Assembly (NCBI RefSeq): GCF_001194135.2
Contig: NC_068987.1
Coordinates: forward strand, 40,134,783-40,170,557
Origin: Octopus bimaculoides
Lineage: Eukaryota
Length of the DNA stretch: 35,775 nt
Direction of reading: 5' to 3'
Shown here: piece by piece, positions 21,270-33,005 of the stretch
Layout of the letters: every line of letters starts with the position of its first letter
How positions within the stretch are numbered: the first letter of the stretch is position 1
The notes under the pieces: model-generated
Seen by the model: the letters and a program-made list of their open reading frames with translations, nothing else
Told to the model about the DNA's origin: nothing
Databases searched by the model: none
Made by a program: the position numbers and the translations under genes

Positions 21270-23337
21270 ACATGAAGCTTATGGTTTTGGTTCTAGAAAT
21301 GACGAGAGAACAAGGCTGCTGGAGTTCTTATGATGCTAATGACTTGATTTGCAACACTTGATCACCTATGAATCTGGTGGGCACAGAAATCAGATTGACT
21401 ACATTCACACCAGAAAATGGGATAGGCAGATGCTTGTAAATGAAAAGTCATTTCCTGGTGAAGAATGTACTATCCAACATAAGTTAGTTTTAAGTGACTT
21501 CAGACTTAGAGCTAGAAGGATTCAGAGATGTAAACCACTTAGGGGAAAGAAGATAATCTTATTGGATATTCTTTCTCATTTGTAGATATAATGAAAAAAA
21601 AATTGATATGATGCAATGATGCATTGAAAAAAATGATGCAATGAAAGAAAATTGATAACTTTCTTGACTTTATGGATTATATTAAAATCACCTGAAAATA
21701 ACCATTATAATCACCATTGGCCAATGTCATTTTCTCAAGAAGCTTAGATATTCCACCTTTCTGCAATGGTACAAGGTCTGACATTGTTGAGGATCCTTCA
21801 AACAGCTGAGGATTTACAGACATATTATTTGAAGCATTTGATGAAAAGGAAGAGAAGATGGAGGTGTATAATATAGAGGTCAATTGGAAATTCTTATAAG
21901 ACAATCTACTGGGGGCTACAGACTAAGTCTGTAGCTGGTTCAAAATTTCAGCCAGAATAAGGGTGGTATAGTGATGGAACAGGGAAGTAGACAGAGCCAT
22001 AAAAGCTGCTTGGAAGGTTTGGAAGAATAGGGTCAGCAGAGATCTTTACCAGGTAGCTAGAAGAGAAGCCAGGAGACAGGTCTATTTAGCAAGGGGAGAA
22101 ACAGAAGAGATATGCCAATATTATACAGTATGAGGACCAAGGACATGAATTGTTCCAGATATCAAGGCTGTGTATCAGAGAAAATTAAGATGCTGTGGAA
22201 GAGTGTTTGGAAGGATAATGGTATACTTGCACTAAGTATTTTGAAAAGAAAGAGGCATAGAATGGAGAGAAAGAGTTTTCCTAATATGAACTTGACAGAG
22301 AGTCCAGCCATTCTTGTTGTCAGCAGTGTGATAGATACAGCAATTAAGGATATGAAGACTAGGAATTATCTCTGAGATGCCTAGTCACCTGTATGAGTAA
22401 ACAGGTTGTAGGTATTATATCCAATGATTGGTGTAGCAGTATCATTGGCAACTGTTACAAAGTTAAACAAAAGGAATTACAGGTATCAAATTACTGGACC
22501 AGGTTATGAAAGTCACTGAAAAAGTTGTAGCCCAAATTCATTAGATAAGATGCAGTTTGATTTTATTCTAAGGAAGAGAACTACTGATGCAGAAGTATTT
22601 AAGAAAAAGTAAACCTCTGCAGCTGGCATTTGCTGATATGGAGAAAGCCATTGATAAGGTGCCTCAACCCCTCACCTGGTGGTCACAGCAGAAGCTAGAG
22701 GAATGGTTAATGAGAGCCATTCAAGCCATATACAAGTAAGAGTTAACAATGAGTACAGCAATGAATTTAGTATGCATGTAGAAGTTATCATCAGGCTTTG
22801 ATTATCAGTCCTCTCCTATTTATCAAAGTCCTTCAGGAGATAACAAAGGAATTGAAAACTGGTTGTCCACAGGTACTTCTTTATGTTTATAATGTTGTTC
22901 TTATAGCTGAAACTGTAGAAGAGTTAGAAATGAAACTGCAGATGTGGAAGCAAAACCTGGAATCAAAGCATCTTAAAGTTAACTTAGCAAAAATCTAAGT
23001 TCTAGTTAGCTGTCCCTTCATGTAAATAGTCCGGTTGCATATGTAGACAAGGTGTAAGTAGAAATTCTATATGGTGTACTCAATGAAAACTAAGGACACA
23101 TAAGTAGTACAGTGGAATTACAGGAGGGTTAACAGAGAAAGTAGAATTTGTTTGTAGCAGATGTGCAGGAGCAGTAAACAATAAGACACACCAGAAATAG
23201 ATGCCCAGGAAGTTCCCTAGAAGTAATACATAGCTTCAATTACCTAGGTGACCAAATTAGCAGTAGAGGAGGATGCTCTGAAAGTATAGTTAGAATAAGA
23301 ACTGGCTGCAGGAAGTTCAGAGAACTATTACCTCTAT
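21270..23337 (+). mobile_element. old RTE-clade LINE fragment (end of APE, linker, RT), interrupted at 21553-21791
   Basis: GFGSRNDERTRLLEF, QIDYIHTRK, SFPGEECTIQHKLVLSDF, IISPLLFIKVLQEIT, LLYVYNVVLI, FNYLGDQISS. Colinear with the young copy at 34571. Confidence 0.9.
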
Positions 23338-23489
23338 TTACATGTTATTATTTATATCTTTATCTACTTTGATATATATATATATATATATACAGCAAAA
23401 ATTTAGATTCAGGTGAATATGGTACTTAAGTTTAGGCACCAGAATTTAGTACGGTATTATCCATACAATTTCAAAGTAAGGTGATTAAA

Positions 23490-23611
23490 ATCAAAATAAG
23501 CAACAAGGATATCCAGAGGTAATGCGGTACGATTGTTTCATGCAACTCCATTTAATTGAACAATGTAATCATTACATCAATTTAAAATGCAGAGCAATCC
23601 TCAGCTGCACA
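23490..23611 (+). repeat. dispersed repeat of unknown class, about 120 bp; second copy at 28644-28762
   Basis: Both copies begin ATCAAAATAAGCAAC..GATATC and share TTGAACAATG and ACATCAATTTAAA...CTGCACA. Confidence 0.7.
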
Positions 23612-24134
23612 GAGACATAGAATTTAATTAAATTAGAACAGATGGACACATTATTATAACTATACCTAAAATTTCCAAAGAGTTAAGGAGAAAGACAAAG
23701 AACATTTTGCTTCAGCTACACCATAGAAATTAATAAATAAACCACCAAGAAGACTCTGCCTGTCACTGATTTTATTTGTTTTTTTTAGTTCTAATTTATA
23801 GTCTAGTTTATCAAACCTTGTATATCTAAAGCTTAAGAGAAGAAAGGGCATTATCTGTTAGGGGTAGGGGGGATAGAGCAGACAGAAATCATGGTTGATG
23901 TCATAAAACCCTGAGGTTTGGTGACAACTAAGGTGGGGGGCGCCTACTAACAGACCATTGATAATGAAACAGGGGAAGTCTTATCATGTAGTACTATAGT
24001 TAAATGTTTTAAAACAATTTTGCTATATTGTATACAGATACAGTTTATGACTATTCATCGGGTTATTAATAAGAATATATTAACAAAAGGATAGAAATTT
24101 ATGGATATTTTTTGAGTATATAGCAAAACATTTA

Positions 24135-25539
24135 CCACAATAGAGGGAGGAAAAGAAAAATTATTCAGAAATAGTTTAATATTTAATATTCATATATATT
24201 ATTATACACTTAATAACTAACTCTTCATATGGTGTCTATGGATATTGATTAATCCTTAGTTTATAATATACAATTATAGGCATCTTTATAACTTAAAATT
24301 TAAACTGCTTAGATTAAAATTTAACTAAGTTATAGTAGATTTTGGTCTCTCACCTAAATGATAAATCTTCCTGGTAACACCAAATTTTAACTTTACCCAA
24401 TAATGATATATTGTTTTTACTTAAATTTTTCCTTCTAACATTTGCTATTGAAGTTAGTAAGGTATAGATTTTTTATTAAGTTTTTAGTGAATAGGCTGTC
24501 TTTATTCTTTTTTTTCTATGATGCTCGACCCTAACAAATCATTTTATTATTATTGTTATTTTATAAGTGACTCAAATACATCTAATCCTTGTTCCCCTAT
24601 TATTTTACACTCGGCCTATGTCAGTTAATACCGGTATCTTGATAACTTAAAACAGCTCAATTTAATTAAATCAGTATACAATTATCATGTTCTTTAACCT
24701 CGGTTGGTCCACCATTATATACCATGTAAATCCAATTGATCAATCTTTATAGTAACCATATAATAAGTTAATATTTAGATAGGTAATAAGTGCGGACGTT
24801 AAACGATGATTTTCCTCCTTCCATTGTGGTAAAAAAATACTTTGGTATATACTCTTAATATGTATAGAAGTGTTTATCCCTTTGTGAAAATTTCATTCTT
24901 AATAATCTTCTTGATTACCCTGAATTTTAATTCTGTACAATAAGACAATATTTTTTGAAATGAGCTTTAGAGACTACTTGATTTTTCTCTTTCTTAAATA
25001 TTCTTTTAACTGATACCAGATATCAGTCTTTTAGTGATATTAGCTATACAAGTTAAATTAAAAATTTTTAGTCCAATATATTTTAAATTATTGTACTTTC
25101 TCTACAAATCTTCTCTATCGGTGTTAATAAGCTAAATATACTTTACCATAGCATTAGTAATTAAGCTACTTTATTGCTATGGTATTGTGCCCTAATTGAT
25201 TATTTTATTTCATTTCTTTATTAATTTATAATTAGCCTTTATTTATTTATAAATTAATTAAGCAAATCTTTGTATCTCTAGTATTTCATACTTAGCGTAT
25301 ATAAAACTATACTGATATATTTACTACATATATATATATAAAAAAACTCCTTAGAATATAATTTTATTAATATATAATTAGAATGCTCTTTTATCTCAAT
25401 ACTCCTTTATTAATATCAGTATATTCCCATTAATCAATATTCAAGATACCCTATGAAAAGTTAGTTATTAAGTGTATAATAATATATATGAATATTAAAC
25501 TATTTCTGAATAATTTTTCTTTTCTTCCCTCTATTGTGG
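24135..25539. mobile_element. AT-rich element bounded by ~120-bp inverted repeats
   Basis: 24135-24253 is the near reverse complement of 25427-25539 (CCACAATAGAGGGA...GATTAAT). ATTTA flanks both ends (24130-24134 and 25540-25544). Confidence 0.6.
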
Positions 25540-25544
25540 ATTTA

Positions 25545-25790
25545 AGAAATCTTGTAAGGTTCTCCTTACATTTGTTCCAAGATAAGAAGCAGTCATCCAA
25601 GAATCTTTTCCAGTTCCTATTAAATAGGACAGGAAATGTTCATCAAAAGTAATTCCAGACAGAGTATAGATTTTTTTCTTCCAGGAGTCCCATTACTAGT
25701 GTCACAAGCATTGATGCAACTTTCACCCCATCACCATGCCTGGAATTTGTAGGTAATACTGCATTTTAGAAAAGGAATAGTTATTTTCTA
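25545..25790 (-). mobile_element. Penelope-like element, RT fragment
   Basis: YYLQIPGMVMG...LVMGLLEEK...WKRFLDDCFLSW (frameshifted). Confidence 0.8.
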
Positions 25791-25869
25791 GTACCAATTA
25801 TAATCCTTCAAGTATGAACTCTTTTCGTAATCTTTCCTGAATTCTTTGTGGGTATTTGTCTATCCAGAA

Positions 25870-26427
25870 TTCTACTACTTCTAATCTTCTTTAATAAGCA
25901 ATATTACTTACAAATGCAAGGCATGGCAATGGGGACAAGAGTTGTACTGAGATTTGCAATACTAGTAATGGGGTTCCTGGAAGAAAAACCAAGAAGCAAA
26001 AGAAATCCCAATCTCTGCCTTATGGAGGAACACTCAAACTGAGGCTGAAAACAAATATATAAATATTCCATTTGCAGTCACCCATAATTCTAGGAACTAG
26101 AACATGATACCTTCCAATCCTATAGGCATAGCTGTGCAATAAGAAGCTTGCTTCCCAACCACATGATTCTGGGTTCAGTCCCACACTATAGTGCCTTGGA
26201 CAAGTATCTTCTACTATAGCCTAGTGAGTAGATTTGGTAGATGGAAACTGAAAAATTGTATGTGCGTGTGTGCATGTGTGTGTGTGTGTGTGTGTGTGTC
26301 TTTGCATCTGGTTGTCCCCCACCACCACTTGACAATTGGTGCTGGTGTGTTTACATCCCTGTAACTTAGTGATTTGGCAATAGAGAGAGTGGGGGAGAGG
26401 GAGAGAGAGAGGGGGAGAGAGAGAGGG

Positions 26428-26460
<33 letters not shown>

Positions 26461-27000
26461 CGTATTAGGCTTTAAAAAAGAAAAACGTACTGGGGGTAAT
26501 TCATTCCACTAAAATGAAGAGAAAATTCTCTAAGGTGGTGCCTCAACATGGCCACAAGTAAAAGGTAAAATATATAACTAAAGAATCACAAATCAAAAAC
26601 AGCCAAAGACAAGCACCAAATCTCAGAAAGACTGCTAACAAAGTCAAGATTTACATCGGAGACAGATATAATGCAGCTAACAAATTGTGAAGACACTTAT
26701 GGGATGTGTTAAATAATTGAATGAGAAACAACCAAAAGATTCGAGAATGAGAAAGAATTGAAGGTGAAAGCAAACATCAACTACAAAACAAAAAATCCCA
26801 ACTACTGCATCACATTCCCACAATGTAATGAGAATTACATCAGAGTAATAGGAACAAAAGTAACCATCTGTGTGAGTGTGCTCAAACAGCAAATTAAAGA
26901 TTCATTTCTTAGAAATGTTCCATGTAGTAAACATTTGTGTACATGGAAAACTCAAACAGTTCCTCTTTAATAGAAACCAGAAATAGTGCTATTAAAAACT
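25870..27000 (+). mobile_element. Penelope-like element remnants: RT piece (25870-26000) and GIY-YIG endonuclease (26590-27000), split by a SINE
   Basis: FNKQYYLQMQGMAMGTRV...LVMGFLEEK; RQAPNL...LLTKSRF...NYCITFPQCNENYI...VLKQQI...CSKHL. Confidence 0.75.
26123..26570 (+). mobile_element. SINE family B with expanded internal (TG)n and (GA)n
   Basis: Same head, core and tail as 14565 and 32615. Confidence 0.82.
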
Positions 27001-27163
27001 TTCTCTATACAGAAAAAAGAAATACTCAAAATAAAAACTTGTTACCCCTTGGTTTGTGACATTGTTTCATACAATTTTTTTTTTTTTTAAGTTAATAATT
27101 TTTAAAGAAATCTTTTTAAATATTGTGACTGCATCAAGTATTTTTTTGCAAAAGCATATTATA

Positions 27164-28298
27164 CTGGGTCACCCTATAAATAATGGAGTTTTTTCAATTC
27201 CATAAACTGAAAGTTGGAGAGTGACAGGATAAACAACCTGCATCAACCTGCAGGTAATAATTTTACCATGTACTTATTCTTAGTGCAAGTTTTGAATAAT
27301 GCAGTTTGATTTTAACAATGGAAGTGACAAAAGAGCATATTTGGCATATTTTGCTTTATGGGTTCAATAAAGGTAACAGTGCAACGGAAAGTGCAAGGAA
27401 TATTAATGCAGTATATGGAGGTCGGACAATAAGCGTAAGCCAGTGTCAACAGTGGTTCCAGAAATTTCGGGCTGGAAACTACAGCCTAGAAGACTAGCCT
27501 CATCCTGGAAGATCTGTAGAGCATGATGAGGATGTCCTGCAAACCCTGGTGGAACAAAATCTCATCACAACTGTTGATGAACTAGCATGGAAGCTTGGAT
27601 TTGGTCATTCAATCATTCATCAACACCAGCATGCCATCAGAAAAGTCAGCAAATTGGGTCAGTGGGTTCCTCCCAAACTTTCCAAGTGTAATCACATGCA
27701 AAGAGTGAATGTATATGCTCTTCTTTACTGTCACGTCTCACAAATGAACCTTTTTGGACTGTATAGTGACTGGTGACAAGAAAAGGGTTCTCTATAAAAA
27801 TGTCAAGCATTGATGACAGTGGGTAGGGAAAGCAAAAGTCTTCACCCACATGAGGAGTTGTTATCTGCTTAGTGGGATATGAAAGGTTTAGTCCACTTTG
27901 AACTTTTAAACCCAAACCAAATGATAACAAAGGAGCCCTACTATGAGCAGCCTGAGTCAGCACTAGAAGAAAAGCAAAGATGCTTTCACGACAAAAAGTG
28001 TTCTTCCATCAGGATAATGCTCAGTCACATACAGCAAGGTTCACATTCCAAAGGCTGGAGGAGTTTGAATGGGAAACAATGCCCCACCCACCATATTTGC
28101 CAGACATTGCCCTATCTGATTATCATTTATTCTGCAAACAAGTGAATTTTGGAAGAGGGGTCTTGCAAGTCTACCAGATAGATGGAAAGCATTGTAGAAA
28201 ATGAAGGAGAGTATATTTTAGATTTATAACAGAACTTTATCTTAATTTTGAAAAATAAAAGAACTAATAAAAAACACATTATTTATGGGATGACCCAA
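27164..28298 (+). mobile_element. mariner DNA transposon, both TIRs present, decayed
   Basis: TIRs CTGGGTCACCCTATAAATAATG and CATTATTTATGGGATGACCCAA; TA on the left; the right flank runs into a gap. Confidence 0.93.
27318..28229 (+). pseudogene. mariner (D,D34D) transposase
   Basis: MEVTKEHIWHILLYGFNKGNSATESARNI...QWFQKFRAGNYSLED, WVPPKL, FHQDNAQSHT, HPPYLPDIALSDYHLF, LPDRWKSIVENEGEY. Stops, frameshifts and deletions. Confidence 0.93.
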
Positions 28299-28299
28299 T

Positions 28300-28393
28300 N
28301 NNNNNNNNNNNNNNNNNNNNNNNNNNNNNNNNNNNNNNNNNNNNNNNNNNNNNNNNNNNNNNNNNNNNNNNNNNNNNNNNNNNNNNNNNNNNN
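28300..28393. other. assembly gap
   Basis: Run of N. Confidence 1.
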
Positions 28394-28541
28394 TATACTC
28401 TCTGAGTGGTTGGCGTTGCGAAGGGCATCCAGCTGTAGAAACTCTGCCAAATTTAGATTGGAGCCTGGTGTTGCCATCCGGTTTCACCAGTCCTCAGTCA
28501 AATCGTCCAACCCATGCTAGCATGGAAAGCGGACGTTAAAC

Positions 28542-28618
<77 letters not shown>
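28394..28618 (+). mobile_element. RTE 3' tail (or RTE-dependent SINE) ending in (GAT)n, followed by (TA)n(TG)n
   Basis: Matches 32210-32365 (GAGTGGTTGG...GAAGGGCATCCAGC...CCAACCCATG...GTTAAACGATGAT). Confidence 0.85.
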
Positions 28619-29250
28619 AAGTATACACCTACACACACTCATGATCAAAATAAGCAACAGGATATCAAGTAGTAATGCAGTATGATCATTTCAAGCAGCT
28701 CTATTAACTTGAACAATGCAATTATCACATCAATTTAAATGCAATGCCATCTTCAACTGCACAAATGGATAAGTGGAATTTTAACAAGTAAGACACAATA
28801 ATAGAATTTTTCTTAAATATTTTAACAGAGCAATATATATATATAAAAATTATGAATATTATTGCAATACAATAGTATTATTTGCCAGTTAAATAAAGCA
28901 CCATAAAAGTAGAATTATAAATAGGAAATAGTGGCACAACAAAGCACCAATGTTTGCTGGAAATAGCAGTTGATAACTGTATGACACTATGTAAAGCTTC
29001 ACTGAATGTATACTGGTAAAGATGTGTGCTGGCAGCGAACATAAAAAAATCTTCGTCTTACCTCTAGGAAGGACACCAGATAAATAGACAACCTAGAATG
29101 GATAACCTAGTACTCAAGTTACAGGTTTTCCAAAATATGTTTGCTATTGTGAATTTGGTTAGCCTTCGTCAGCTAGGTTCAAAGACAAAATTTTAAAATA
29201 TCCAGCAAACATTGGTGCCGTGTTGTGCCACTATATATATGTATGTATGA

Positions 29251-29254
<4 letters not shown>

Positions 29255-29320
<66 letters not shown>
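29255..29320. repeat. (TA)n microsatellite
   Basis: Direct reading. Confidence 0.97.
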
Positions 29321-29327
<7 letters not shown>

Positions 29328-29356
29328 CATATATACAGTTATACACACACACACAT

Positions 29357-29745
29357 TCTTTTACTCTTTTACCTGTTTGAGTCATTAGACTGTAGCCATG
29401 CTGGTGCTTGACGAAGTTTAATCAAATGAATTGACCACAGTACATCATTTTTATTTCTTAAGTCTGGTACTCATTCTATCGGTCTTTGACAGTGAACTGC
29501 TAAGTTACAGGGACATAAATACACCAACACCAGTTGTCAAGAGGTGGAGGAGGACAGACAGACAGACACACACACATATACAAAAGGCTTCTTACAGTCT
29601 ACCAAATCCACACACAAGGATTTGGTCAGTCAGAGGCTATAGTAGAAGACAGGAAGACAGTTGCCCAAGGTGCCACGTAGTGAAACTGAAGCCAGAATCA
29701 TGTGATTGGGAAGCAAGCTTCTTACCACACACAGCTACACAGCTA
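29357..29745 (-). mobile_element. SINE family B
   Basis: Reverse complement of the family-B head, core and tail. Confidence 0.82.
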
Positions 29746-30149
29746 TACACATATATATATATACACACACACACACATAATATACATAGATTATATAGAA
29801 TAAAATTCATGTTCACTATATAGAATAAAATTGATGTTCAGTAAGAAACTGGAGAGTTAAGATAATTATTTATTATTAACAAATTGATAATCTTCACTTC
29901 TTACAACCGTTTCTGTTAGTGCTCAATAGGAAAATTACAAATTTATGCTATAAATTTGCATTTATATGTTTTGAGCATAATTTCATCAAAGAAAAAGATA
30001 TACATTAAGATTTTACATGCTGACGTTTCCATTTATGCAACCAGACTAAATAAGGAGTTATTTTTATTGTTATGTGTGGGTGAAGGGTTACCAATAAGAA
30101 TATAATGGGTAATAGAGTAAAGTAATTTATGTATATAAAAAAATAATGT

Positions 30150-30913
30150 ACAGATCCAAAATTAATCAATCAGTGCTCACTTCCGTTGTTTGCAGCAGTG
30201 CTTGGAAAGAAAGTGTGTAGCATGTGATCATCGCACTGACCATGACACAGAAAGTTGTCATGGCAATACCTGCTCAGAGGCCTATGCAAAGTTGCAGAAA
30301 GTGAATGGAGAGGAGTGTATGAGCTACACACTAGTGTACGAGTGGTTCAGATGTTTCCAAGATGGCTGAAAAAATGTCAATATCAATGAACATTTTGGGA
30401 GACCTGCAACTAGCAGAACTGAGGAAAATATCGCAGATGTGCATGCAACTGTGAGGGGAAATCATTGAATCAACATCCATGAGTTATCAGAGGATGTGCA
30501 GTTATGGTTCAGTTCAGTCCATTATCACCGAAGATTTGGATATATGAGATATGTGTCTGCCAAGTTTGTGCTGAAATTGCTTTCAGCTGACCAAAAAGAC
30601 ACTCGGATTTTAGTTGCACAAGATCTCCTTGTGTCAAGAACAATGAAAATTTTTGTAAATTTTACGTAGGCTTTGGAGCAGGTATTGCCAAGCCTTTGGC
30701 AAAATTTGATGCAGATTCTTTGCTCAACCTTCTGTCGTGGTCAGTGGGATGATCACATGATGTATACCTTCCTACCAAACACTACTGTGAAATTGCAGAA
30801 GTGAGCTAGAAAATTAAAACTTGGTGCGCATGCACAGCAGAGTTCAAGATCAATCATTCCGAGCTTTAGCTACGTTAATATGGCAAGCCTGGATACTTAT
30901 TGATCAGATCATA
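30150..30913. mobile_element. mariner remnant made of two 5' ends in opposite orientation
   Basis: Plus arm: MTQKV..AYAKLQKVNGEEC...VYEWFRCFQDG...GRPATSRTEENI...SAKFVLKLLSADQK. Minus arm (30655-30913): TIR-like TATGATCTGATCAATAAGTATCC, the same 5'UTR, and EQRICIKFCQ. Confidence 0.75.
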
Positions 30914-31077
30914 TATGTACTTACACATACACATATACATGTGTGCATATACATAAATACAAACATGCACACACATACACACGCATGCATATACAAAATT
31001 GTGTACGTAAGTGCACAGATATGCACATACTTTCACATACATACATATATTATGCATATCATCACATTTATATACAC

Positions 31078-32365
31078 CATAACAGCTTTCAAATTAGTGA
31101 GTAGGAAGGCAGACAAATCACAAATCCCTTCAGGTAGATGGCCCTGCTCAATCTGTAGAAAAGGCACAGGTAGAAACTCCATAAGATGTATCCAGTGTAA
31201 GCTATGGACACATAAAAGGTGCAGCAACATCAAAGGAAGGTTAACTAGCATGATAGTTTTTGTATGTGGCAGACGCTCAGGAGCAATAAACACTGAAAAT
31301 GTGCAGAGAACAACTTCTGCCACATTCCAGGGAGAAAAACTAGAAGTAGTTGATAGCTTCCGTTACCTAGGTGACCAAGTCAGTAGCAAGGGTGGATGTT
31401 CAGTTCAGTCCATTATCACCGAAGATTTGGATATATGAGATATGTGTCTGCCAAGTTTGTGCTGAAATTGCTTTCAGCTGACCAAAAAGACACTCGGATT
31501 TTAGTTGCACAAGATCTCCTTGTGTCAAGAACAATGAAAATTTTTGTAAATTTTACGTAGGCTTTGGAGCAGGTATTGCCAAGCCTTTGGCAAAATTTGA
31601 TGCAGATTCTTTGCTTACACTGGATACATCTTATGGAGTTTCTACCTGTGCCTTTTCTACATCAAATGTGGTGTGCAAGAGAGACAACTGCACTAGTATG
31701 GTCATGTGTTGTGCATGGATGAGGACAGTTGCGTGAAAAAGTGTCATACCCTAGCAGTAGAGGGAAACTGTAGAAGAGGTAAACTCAGGAAGACATGGAA
31801 TGAGGTGGTAAAGCACGACAATGGAATTCACGGAGGCAATGACAAGCAACCAGGACCTTTAGGGATATGTTGTGCTTAAGAAGACCCAGCAAGCCAAGTG
31901 AGACCATAACTGTGGCCTGTGCTAGCGTAGCATAACCAGCCCATTTAAAAGTACCCTTCTATCATTGGGCAATGAACTGTGCTTGAAGAGACCTGTTGAG
32001 TCAAGTGAAATCATTGTTGTGGCCGATGCTCGTACCGCCTGACTGGCACCCGTGCTGATGAAATGTAAAAAGCACCATTCAAGTATGGTCGTTGTCAGTA
32101 CCACCTGATTAGCTCCCGTGCCAGTGGAACATAAAAAGTACCATTCAAGCTTGGTCAATGCCAGTATCGCCTAACTGGCCCTCATGCTGGTGACACATAA
32201 AAAGCACCCATTACACTCTCGGAGTGGTTGGTGTTAGGAAGGGCATCCAGCAGTAGAAACCTTGCCAGATCAGATTGGAGCCTGGTACAGACTTCTGGCT
32301 TGCCAGACCTCAGTCAAATCATCCAACCCATGCCAGCATGGAAGGCGGTCATTAAACGATGATTA
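31078..32365 (+). mobile_element. 5'-truncated RTE LINE (end of RT with PHD-like insert, C-terminus, 3'UTR), rearranged at 31398-31661
   Basis: WPCSICRKGTGRNSIRCIQCKLWTHKRC...FRYLGDQVSSKGGCS; CGVQERQLH*YGHVLCM...GNCRRGKLRKTWNEVVKHD; tail ending AAACGATGAT. Confidence 0.9.
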
Positions 32366-32614
32366 TAATTGGTGTAAGGTAATAAAGGTAACGATATTGT
32401 GTATTATATGTTGTATAGTTAATGTTGTTTATTTATGTATGAATATTTGGGAAGAAGAGAATTACTTGAATAGAAATAATAGCTCCAAAGGGTACTGAAA
32501 AAACATCCAATAAATGGGCACATATTAATTAATTTCAATTTGTTATATAGGTAAATTATTATTAATTAATATATTAAGTAATTTCAAACAAAATGTTAAA
32601 TTATAGTGATTATA

Positions 32615-33005
32615 GGTGCAAGAGTGGCTGTGTGGTAAGTAGCTTGCTAACCAACCACATGGTTCCAGGTTCAGTCCCACTGCGTGGCACCTTGGGCAAG
32701 TTTCTTCTACTATAGCCTTGGGCCGACCAAAGCCTTGTGAGTGTATTTGGTGGACAGAAACTGAAAGAAGCCCATTGTATATATGTATATGTATATATAT
32801 GTGTTTGTGTCTGTGTTTGTCCCCCAACATTACTTGACAACCGATGCTGGTGTGTTTACATCCCCGTCACTTAGAGGTTCGGCAAAAAAGACCGATAGAA
32901 TAAGTACTAGGTGTACAAAGAATAAGTCCTGGGGTCGATTTACTCGACTAAAGGTGGTATTCCAGCATGGCCGTAGTCAAATGTCTGAAACAAGTAAAAG
33001 AGTAA
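32615..33005 (+). mobile_element. SINE family B, full length
   Basis: Head GGTGCAAGAGTGGCTGTGTGGTAAGTAGC, B-box-like GGTTCAGTCCC, core CCTTGGGCAAG, tail GAAACAAGTAAAAGAGTAA. Confidence 0.9.

Noticed and set aside
24135-24145. Transib/RAG-like RSS heptamer terminus (CACAATAG)
   Set aside because: Starting the element at CAC breaks the flanking 5-bp duplication, and no RAG1-like motifs were seen. Kept only as an untested option within the AT-rich element finding.
29065-29185. Upstream exons for the 21-kb terminal exon (a GTAAGA donor near 29060)
   Set aside because: Several acceptor and frame choices are possible and one needs an implausible 30-nt intron; not supportable without transcript data.
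30821-31438. 205-aa ORF as a novel zinc-finger gene
   Set aside because: Chance fusion of mariner sequence, (CA/TA)n repeats and an RTE fragment; only about 31078-31397 is coding-derived.
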